Assembly (NCBI RefSeq): GCF_009914755.1
Contig: NC_060927.1
From: the human T2T-CHM13v2.0 reference genome, Homo sapiens
Strand: one strand, 5' to 3'
Length of the DNA stretch: 64,000 nt
In this document: positions 54,301-64,000 of the stretch, piece by piece
Layout of the letters: each line of letters starts with the position of its first letter
Position numbering within the stretch: the first letter of the stretch is position 1
The notes under the pieces: model-generated
Database searches by the model: none
The model's input: the letters and a program-made list of their open reading frames with translations, nothing else
What the model was told of the DNA's origin: nothing
Made by a program: the position numbers and the translations under genes

Positions 54301-57300
54301 TTTCCAACGAAGGCCACAAAGAGGTCCAAATATCCACTTGCAGATTCTGCAAAAAGAGTGTTTCCAAACTGCTCTATGAAAAGAAACGTTAAACTCTGTG
54401 AGTTGAACGCAAACATCACAAAGTAGTTTCTGAGAATGACTCCGTCTAGTTTTTATACGAAGATATTTCCTTTCCTACCATTCACTTCAAAGCGCTTGAA
54501 GTCTCCCCCTGAAAATTCCACAAAAAGTGTTTCCAATCTGCTCCGCCTAAAGGAAGCTTCAACTCTGTGACTTGAATACCCACAACCCAAAGAAGTTACT
54601 GAGAATTCTTCTGTCTAGCATTATATGAAGAAATCCCGTTTCCAACGAAGGCCTCAAATACATCCAAATATCCAGTTGCTGACTTTACAAACTGAGTGTT
54701 TCCAAACTGCTCTATGAAAAGAAAGGTTAAACACTGTGAGTTGAACACACACGTACCAAAGTAGTTTCTGAGAATGATTCTGTCTAGTTTGCATACGAAG
54801 ATATTTCCTTTTCTACCATTGGCCTCAAAGCTCTGAAATCTCCACTTGCAAATTCCACAAAAAGAGAGTTTCAAATCTGCTGTTTCTAAAGGAAAGTTCA
54901 ACTCTGAGAGTTGAATACACACCAGAAAAAGCAGTTACTGAGAAGTCTTCTGTCTAGCATTATATGAAGAAATCCCATTTCCAACGAAGACTTCAAAGAG
55001 GTCCAAATATCCACTTGCAGATTCTGCAAAAAGAGTGTTTCGAAACAACTGTATGAAAAGAAAGGTTAAACACTGTGAGTTGAACGCACACATTGCAAAG
55101 CAGTTTCTGAGAATGATTCCGTCTAATTATTATACGAAGGTATTTCCTTTTCTATCATTGGCCTCAAAGCGCTTGATACCTCCACCTGAAAATTCCACAA
55201 AAAGAGTGTTTCCAATCTACTCTGTCTAAAGGAACGTTCAACTCTGTGAGTTGAATACACACACACAGAAAGAATTCACTGAGAATTCTTCTGTCTGGCA
55301 TTACATGAAGAAATCCCGTTTCCAACGAAGGCCTCAAAGAGGTCCAAATATCCACTTGCAGATTCTGCAAAAAGAGTGTTTCAAAACCGCTCCATTAAAA
55401 GGAATGTTGAACTCTGTGAGTTGAATGCAAACATCACAACTCAGTTGCTGAGAATGCTTCTGACTAGATTTTATGGTAAGATATTTCCTTTTCTACCGTA
55501 GGCTTCAATGCCCTCTAAATACACCCTTGCAAATTCTACAAAGAGACTGTTTCATAACTGCTCTATAGGAAGAAAGGTTCAACTCTGTGAGTTGAATGCA
55601 GAGATCACAACGTGGTTTCTGCGAATGATTCTTTGTAGTTTTTACATGAAGATATTTCGTTGTCAACCGTAGGCTTCAAAGCACTCAAAGTATTCACTTG
55701 GAACTTTTACAAAAAGAGTGTTAGAAAACTGCTCTTTCCAAAGTAAGGTTCAACTCTGTGAGTTGAATGCACACATAACAATCAAGAAGTTTCTGAGAAT
55801 TCTTCTGTCCTGGTTTATATGAAAAAATCCCGTTTCCAACGAAGGCCTCAAAGACGTTTAAATATCCACTTGCAGACTTCACAGAGTGTTTCCAAACTGC
55901 TCTATGAAAAGAAAGGTTAAACTCTGTGAGTTGAACGCACACATCACAAAGTAGTTTCTGAGAATGATACAGTCTAGTTTTTATACGAAGATATTTCCTT
56001 TCTACCATTGGCGTCAAAGCGCTAGAATTCTCCACTTGCAAATTCCACAAAAAGAGTGTTTCCAATCTGCTCTGTCTAAAGGAAGGTTCAACGCTGTGAG
56101 TTGAATACACACACACAAAGAAGCTACTGAGAATTCTTTTGTCAAGAATTATAAGAAGAAATCCCTTTTCCAACGAAGGCCTCAAAGAGTTCCAAATATC
56201 CACTTGCACACTGCACAAACTAAGTCTTTCCAAACTGCTCTATGCAAAGAAATGTTCAACTCTGTGAGTTTAATACACACATCACAAAGCAGTTTCTGAG
56301 AATGATACTGTCTAGTTTTTATACGAAGATATTTCCTTTTGTACCATTGGCCTCATACTGCTAGAATTTTCCACTTGCAAATTCCACAAAAAGAGTGTTT
56401 CCAATCCGCTCTGTCTAAAGGAAGGTTCAACTCTCTGATTTGAATACATACATCCCAAAAGAAGTTACTGAGAATTCTTCTGTCTAGCATTATGTGAAGA
56501 AATCCCGTTTCCAATGAAAGCCTCAAAGAGGTCCAAATATCCAGTTGCAGAATTTACAAACTGACTGTTTCCAAACTCATCTATGAAAAGAAAGGTTAAA
56601 CTCTGGGAGTTGAATGCACATATCACAAAGTAGTTCCTGAGAATGATTCTGTCTAGTTTTCATACGAAGATATTTCCTTTTCCACCAATGGCCTCAAAGT
56701 GCTTGAAATCTCCCCTTGCAAATTCCACAGACAAGTGTTTCAAATCTGCACTGTCTAAAGGAAGGTTCAACCCTGTGAGTTGAATACACACACACAGAAA
56801 AAAATTCACTGAGAATTCTATTGTCTATCATTACACGAAGAAATCCCGTTTACTACGAAGGCCTCAAAGAGGTCCAAATATCCAGCTGCAGACATTACAA
56901 ACTGAGTGTTTCCAAAGTGCTCTATGAAAAGAAGTGTTAAACACTGTGAGTTCAATGCACACATCCCAAAGCAGTTTCTGAGAATGATTCCGTCTATTTT
57001 TTCTACGAAGATATTTCCTTTTCTGCCGTTGGCCTCAAAGCGCTTGAAATCTCCACTTGCAAATTCCACAAAAAGAGAGTTTCAAATCTGCTCTGTCTAA
57101 AGGAAGGTTCAACTCTGTGAGTTGAATACACACCACAAAAAGAAGTTACTGAGAATTCTTCTGTCTAGCATTATATGAAAAATCCCGTTTCCAACGAAGG
57201 CCACAAAGAGGTCCAAATATCCACTTGCAGATTCTGCAAAAAGAGTGTTTCCAAACTGCTCTATGAAAAGAAACGTTAAACTCTGTGAGTTGAACGCAAA

Positions 57301-60300
57301 CATCACAAAGTAGTTTCTGAGAATGACTCCGTCTAGTTTTTATACGAAGATATTTCCTTTCCTACCATTCACTTCAAAGCGCTTGAAGTCTCCCCCTGAA
57401 AATTCCACAAAAAGTGTTTCCAATCTGCTCCGCCTAAAGGAAGCTTCAACTCTGTGACTTGAATACCCACAACCCAAAGAAGTTACTGAGAATTCTTCTG
57501 TCTAGCATTATATGAAGAAATCCCGTTTCCAACGAAGGCCTCAAATACATCCAAATATCCAGTTGCTGACTTTACAAACTGAGTGTTTCCAAACTGCTCT
57601 ATGAAAAGAAAGGTTAAACACTGTGAGTTGAACACACACGTACCAAAGTAGTTTCTGAGAATGATTCTGTCTAGTTTGCATACGAAGATATTTCCTTTTC
57701 TACCATTGTCCTCAAAGCTCTGAAAACTCCACTTGCAAATTCCACAAAAAGAGAGTTTCAAATCTGCTGTTTCTAAAGGAAAGTTCAACTCTGAGAGTTG
57801 AATACACACCAGAAAAAGCAGTTACTGAGAAGTCTTCTGTCTAGCATTATATGAAGAAATCCCATTTCCAACGAAGACTTCAAAGAGGTCCAAATATCCA
57901 CTTGCAGATTCTGCAAAAAGAGTGTTTTGAAACAACTGTATGAAAAGAAAAGTTAAACACTGTGAGTTGAACGCACACATTGCAAAGCAGTTTCTGAGAA
58001 TGATTCCGTCTAATTATTATACGAAGGTATTTCCTTTTCTATCATTGGCCTCAAAGCGCTTGATACCTCCACCTGAAAATTCCACAAAAAGAGTGTTTCC
58101 AATCTACTCTGTCTAAAGGAACGTTCAACTCTGTGAGTTGAATACACACACACAGAAAGAATTCACTGAGAATTCTTCTATCTGGCATTACATGAAGAAA
58201 TCCCGTTTCCAACGAAGGCCTCAAAGAGGTCCAAATATCCACTTGCAGATTCTGCAAAAAGAGTGTTTCAAAACCGCTCCATTAAAAGGAATGTTGAACT
58301 CTGTGAGTTGAATGCAAACATCACAACTCAGTTTCTGAGAATGCTTCTGACTAGATTTTATGGTAAGATATTTCCTTTTCTACCGTAGGCTTCAATGCCC
58401 TCTAAATACACCCTTGCAAATTCTACAAAGAGACTGTTTCATAACTGCTCTATAGGAAGAAAGATTCAACTCTGTGAGTTGAATGCAGAGATCACAACGT
58501 GGTTTCTGCGAATGATTCTTTGTAGTTTTTACATGAAGATATTTCGTTGTCTATCGTAGGCTTCAAAGCACTCAAAGTATTCACCTGGAACTTTTACAAA
58601 AAGAGTGTTAGAAAACTGCTCTTTCCAAAGTAAGGTTCAACTCTGTGAGTTGAATGCACACATAACAATCAAGAAGTTTCTGAGAATTCTTCTGTCCTGG
58701 TTTATATGAAGAAATCCCGTTTCCAACGAAGGCCTCAAAGACGTTTAAATATCCACTTGCAGACTTCACAAACAGAGTGTTTCCAAACTGCTCTATGAAA
58801 AGAAAGGTTAAACTCTGTGAGTTGAACGCACACATCACAAAGTAGTTTCTGAGAATGATACTGTCTAGTTTTTATACGAAGATATTTCCTTTCTACCATT
58901 GGCGTCAAAGCGCTAGAATTCTCCACTTGCAAATTCCACAAAAAGAGTGTTTCCAATCTGCTCTGTCTAAAGGAAGGTTCAACTCTGTGAGTTGAATACA
59001 CACACACAAAGAAGCTACTGAGAATTCTTTTGTCAAGAATTATAAGAAGAAATCCCGTTTCCAACGAAGGCCTCAAAGAGTTCCAAATATCCACTTGCAC
59101 ACTGCACAAACTCTTTCCACACTGCTCTATGCAAAGAAATGTTCAACTCTGTGAGTTTAATACACACATCACAAAGCAGTTTCTGAGAATGATACTGTCT
59201 AGTTTTTATACGAAGATATTTCCTTTTGTACCATTGGCCTCATACTGCTAGAATTTTCCACTTGCAAATTCCACAAAAAGAGTGTTTCCAATCCGCTCTG
59301 TCTAAAGGAAGGTTCAACTCTCTGATTTGAATACATACATCCCAAAAGAAGTTACTGAGAATTCTTCTGTCTAGCATTATGTGAAGAAATCCCGTTTCCA
59401 ACGAAAGCCTCAAAGAGGCCCAAATATCCAGTTGCAGCATTTACAAACTGACTGTTTCCAAACTCATCTATGAAAAGAAAGGTTAAACTCTGTGAGTTGA
59501 ATGCACATATCACAAAGTAGTTCCTGAGAATGATTCTGTCTAGTTTTTATACGAAGATATTTCCTTTTCCACCAATGGCCTCAAAGTGCTTGAAATCTCC
59601 CCTTGCAAATTCCACAGACAAGTGTCTCAAATCTGCACTGTCTAAAGGAAGGTTCAACCCTGTGAGTTGAATACACACACACAGAAAAAAATTCACTGAG
59701 AATTCTATTGTCTATCATTACACGAAGAAATCCCGTTTACTACGAAGGCCTCAAAGAGGTCCAAATATCCAGCTGCAGACATTACAACCTGAGTGTTTCC
59801 AAAGTGCTCTATGAAAAGAAGTGTTAAACACTGTGAGTTCAATGCACACATCCCAAAGCAGTTTCTGAGAATGATTCCGTCTATTTTTTCTACGAAGATA
59901 TTTCCTTTTCTACCGTTGGCCTCAAAGCGCTTGAAATCTCCACTTGCAAATTCCACAAAAAGAGAGTTTCAAATCTGCTCTGTCTAAAGGAAGGTTCAAC
60001 TCTGTGAGTTGAATACACACCACAAAAAGAAGTTACTGAGAATTCTTCTGTCTAGCATTATATGAAAAATCCCGTTTCCAACGAAGGCCACAAAGAGGTC
60101 CAAATATCCACTTGCAGATTCTGCAAAAAGAGTGTTTCCAAACTGCTCTATGAAAAGAAACGTTAAACTCTGTGAGTTGAACGCAAACATCACAAAGTAG
60201 TTTCTGAGAATGACTCCGTCTAGTTTTTATACGAAGATATTTCCTTTCCTACCATTCACTTCAAAGCGCTTGAAGTCTCCCCCTGAAAATTCCACAAAAA

Positions 60301-63300
60301 GTGTTTCCAATCTGCTCCGCCTAAAGGAAGCTTCAACTCTGTGAGTTGAATACCCACAACCCAAAGAAGTTACTGAGAATTCTTCTGTCTAGCATTATAT
60401 GAAGAAATCCCGTTTCCAACGAAGGCCTCAAATACATCCAAATATCCAGTTGCTGACTTTACAAACTGAGTGTTTCCAAACTGCTCTATGAAAAGAAAGA
60501 TTAAACACTGTGAGTTGAACACACACGTACCAAAGTAGTTTCTGAGAATGATTCTGTCTAGTTTGCATACGAAGATATTTCCTTTTCTACCATTGGCCTC
60601 AAAGCTTTGAAATCTCCACTTGCAAATTCCACAAAAAGAGAGTTTCAACTCTGCTGTTTCTAAAGGAAAGTTCAACTCTGAGAGTTGAATACACACCAGA
60701 AAAAGCAGTTACTGAGAAGTCTTCTGTCTAGCATTATATGAAGAAATCCCATTTCCAACGAAGACTTCAAAGAGGTCCAAATATCCACTTGCAGATTCTG
60801 CAAAAAGAGTGTTTCGAAACAACTGTATGAAAAGAAAGGTTAAACACTGTGAGTTGAACGCACACATTGCAAAGCAGTTTCTGAGAATGATTCCGTCTAA
60901 TTATTATACGAAGGTATTTCCTTTTCTATCATTGGCCTCAAAGCGCTTGATACCTCCACCTGAAAATTCCACAAAAAGAGTGTTTCCAATCTACTCTGTC
61001 TAAAGGAACGTTCAACTCTGTGAGTTGAATACACACACACAGAAAGAATTCACTGAGAATTCTTCTGTCTGGCATTACATGAAGAAATCCCGTTTCCAAC
61101 GAAGGCCTCAAAGAGGTCCAAATATCCACTTGCAGATTCTGCAAAAAGAGTGTTTCAAAACCGCTCCATTAAAAGGAATGTTGAACTCTGTGAGTTGAAT
61201 GCAAACATCACAACTCAGTTTCTGAGAATGCTTCTGACTAGATTTTATGGTAAGATATTTCCTTTTCTACCGTAGGCTTCAATGCCCTGTAAATACACCC
61301 TTGCAAATTCTACAAAGAGACTGCTTCATAACTGCTCTATAGGAGGAAAGGTTCAACTCTGTGAGTTGAATGCAGAGATCACAACGTGGTTTCTGCGAAT
61401 GATTCTTTGTAGTTTTTACATGAAGATATTTCGTTGTCTACCGTAGGCTTCAAAGCACTCAAAGTATTCACTTGGAACTTTCACAAAAAGAGTGTTAGAA
61501 AACTGCTCTTTCCAAAGTAAGGTTCAACTCTGTGAGTTGAATGCACACATAACAAACAAGAAGTTTCTGAGAATTCTTCTGTCCTGGTTTATATGAAGAA
61601 ATCCCGTTTCCAACGAAGGCCTCAAAGACGTTTAAATATCCACTTGCAGACTTCACAAACAGAGTGTTTCCAAACTGCTCTATGAAAAGAAAGGGTAAAC
61701 ACTGTGAGTTGAACGCACACATCACAAAGTAGTTTCTGAGAATGATACTGTCTAGTTTTTATACGAAGATATTTCCTTTTGTACCATTGGCCTCATACTG
61801 CTAGAATTTTCCACTTGCAAATTCCACAAAAAGAGTGTTTCCAATCTGCTCTGTCTAAAGGAAGGTTCAACTCTGTGAGTTGAGTACACACACACAAAGA
61901 AGCTACTGAGAATTCTTTTGTCAAGAATTATAAGAAGAAATCCCGTTTCCAACCAAGGCCTCAAAGAGTTCCAAATATCCACTTGCACACTGCACACACT
62001 AAGTCTTTCCATACTGCTCTATGCAAAGAAATGTTCAAATCTGTGAGTTTAATACACACATCACAAAGCAGTTTCTGAGAATGATACTGTCTAGTTTTTA
62101 TACGAAGATATTTCCTTTTGTACCATTGGCCTCATACTGCTAGAATTTTCCACTTGCAAATTCCACAAAAAGAGTGTTTCCAATCCGCTCTGTCTAAAGG
62201 AAGGTTCAACTCTCTGATTTGAATACATACATCCCAAAAGAAGTTACTGAGAATTCTTCTGTCTAGCATTATGTGAAGAAATCCCGTTTCCAACGAAAGC
62301 CTCAAAGAGGCCCAAATATCCAGTTGCAGAATTTACAAACTGACTGTTTCCAAACTCATCTATGAAAAGAAAAGTTAAACTCTGTGAGTTGAATGCACAT
62401 ATCACAAAGTAGTTCCTGAGAATGATTCTGTCTAGTTTTTATACGAAGATATTTCCTTTTCCACCAATGGCCTCAAAGTGCTTGAAATCTCCCCTTGCAA
62501 ATTCCACAGACAAGTGTTTCAAATCTGCACTGTCTAAAGGAAGGTTCAACCCTGTGAGTTGAATACACACACACAGAAAAAAATTCACTGAGAATTCTAT
62601 TGTCTATCATTACACGAAGAAATCCCGTTTACTACGAAGGCCTCAAAGAGGTCCAAATATCCAGCTGCAGACATTACAAACTGAGTGTTTCCAAAGTGCT
62701 CTATGAAAAGAAGTGTTAAACACTGTGAGTTCAATGCACACATCCCAAAGCAGTTTCTGACAATGATTCCGTCTATTTTTTCTACGAAGATATTTCCTTT
62801 TCTACCGTTGGCCTCAAAGCGCTTGAAATCTCCACTTGCAAATTCCACAAAAAGAGAGTTTCAAATCTGCTCTGTCTAAAGGAAGGTTCAACTCTGTGAG
62901 TTGAATACACACCACAAAAAGAAGTTACTGAGAATTCTTCTGTCTAGCATTATATGAAAAATCCCGTTTCCAACGAAGGCCACAAAGAGGTCCAAATATC
63001 CACTTGCAGATTCTGCAAAAAGAGTGTTTCCAAACTGCTCTATGAAAAGAAACGTTAAACTCTGTGAGTTGAACGCAAACATCACAAAGTAGTTTCTGAG
63101 AATGACTCCGTCTAGTTTTTATACGAAGATATTTCCTTTCCTACCATTCACTTCAAAGCGCTTGAAGTCTCCCCCTGAAAATTCCACAAAAAGTGTTTCC
63201 AATCTGCTCCGCCTAAAGGAAGCTTCAACTCTGTGAGTTGAATACCCACAACCCAAAGAAGTTACTGAGAATTCTTCTGTCTAGCATTATATGAAGAAAT

Positions 63301-64000
63301 CCCGTTTCCAACGAAGGCCTCAAATACATCCAAATATCCAGTTGCTGACTTTACAAACTGAGTGTTTCCAAACTGCTCTATGAAAAGAAAGATTAAACAC
63401 TGTGAGTTGAACACACACGTACCAAAGTAGTTTCTGAGAATGATTCTGTCTAGTTTGCATACGAAGATATTTCCTTTTCTACCATTGGCCTCAAAGCTTT
63501 GAAATCTCCACTTGCAAATTCCACAAAAAGAGAGTTTCAAATCTGCTGTTTCTAAAGGAAAGTTCAACTCTGAGAGTTGAATACACACCAGAAAAAGCAG
63601 TTACTGAGAAGTCTTCTGTCTAGCATTATATGAAGAAATCCCATTTCCAACGAAGACTTCAAAGAGGTCCAAATATCCACTTGCAGATTCTGCAAAAAGA
63701 GTGTTTCGAAACAACTGTATGAAAAGAAAGGTTAAACACTGTGAGTTGAACGCACACATTGCAAAGCAGTTTCTGAGAATGATTCCGTCTAATTATTATA
63801 CGAAGGTATTTCCTTTTCTATCATTGGCCTCAAAGCACTTGATACCTCCACCTGAAAATTCCACAAAAAGAGTGTTTCCAATCTACTCTGTCTAAAGGAA
63901 CGTTCAACTCTGTGAGTTGAATACACACACACAGAAAGAATTCACTGAGAATTCTTCTGTCTGGCATTACATGAAGAAATCCCGTTTCCAACGAAGGCCT

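Larger units (their letters stand above)
1..64000 (-). repeat. Centromeric alpha-satellite HOR array, 17-mer (~2891 bp), dimeric suprachromosomal-family-1-like organisation; probably human chromosome 3 D3Z1
   Basis: The ~170-bp monomer motifs (ctctgtgagttgaat, tttctgagaatgattctgtctag, ccacttgcaaattccacaaaaagagtgtttc) run throughout. Anchor spacings from 388 are 2892,2887,2887,2891,2887,2891,2887,2891,2886,2891,2891,2212,2891,2891,2212,2891,2887,2891,2887,2887,2887,2892, and 2891/17 = 170. CENP-B boxes read on the minus strand. Alpha satellite identity is near certain; the D3Z1 assignment (about 0.8) rests on recalled 17-mer/2.9-kb size. Confidence 0.98.

Noticed and set aside
388-63895. About 190 ORFs of 60-129 aa in the ORF track (MEFASGDF..., MCIQLSEL..., MQNLQVDI...)
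   Set aside because: They recur once per HOR on both strands, overlap each other, are internally repetitive at the monomer period and resemble no protein family I recognise. They are chance open frames in satellite DNA.
1-64000. CRISPR-like array or prokaryotic repeat system
   Set aside because: There are no unique spacers, since the sequence between conserved motifs is itself repeated, and there are no cas-like genes. The motifs are alpha-satellite.
1-64000. Transposon (L1/Alu) insertion, inversion or foreign DNA
   Set aside because: All period lengths are explained by 1-4 bp indels or the 679-bp deletion, and CENP-B boxes keep one orientation throughout.
1-64000. Claim that this window is the kinetochore-forming (CENP-A/hypomethylated) core
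   Set aside because: Homogeneity and box density fit an active-type array, but kinetochore position is epigenetic and cannot be read from sequence.

Overview
The whole 64 kb window is an uninterrupted, single-orientation primate (most likely human) centromeric alpha-satellite array: about 376 monomers of ~170 bp organised into a 17-monomer higher-order repeat (HOR) of ~2891 bp. The dimeric CENP-B-box/no-box organisation and 17-mer length fit the active chromosome 3 array D3Z1, though this assignment is from recall and not from a search. Between positions 388 and 62596 there are 22 complete HOR periods: 20 are 17-mers (2886-2892 bp) and 2 are 13-mer deletion variants (2212 bp). I find no genes, transposon insertions, inversions or non-satellite DNA; every ORF in the track recurs with the HOR period and is a repeat artefact. 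I do not see a new protein-coding or RNA system. The interesting signal is the recombination history readable from variants: a near-perfect 7994-bp (47-monomer) tandem duplication, a 13-mer junction mappable to 11 bp, a 5778-bp two-HOR superperiod, haplotype domains, a probable out-of-register conversion tract, two 4-bp deletions at neighbouring homologous sites, and clonally spreading CENP-B box losses. All variant calls were made by eye.
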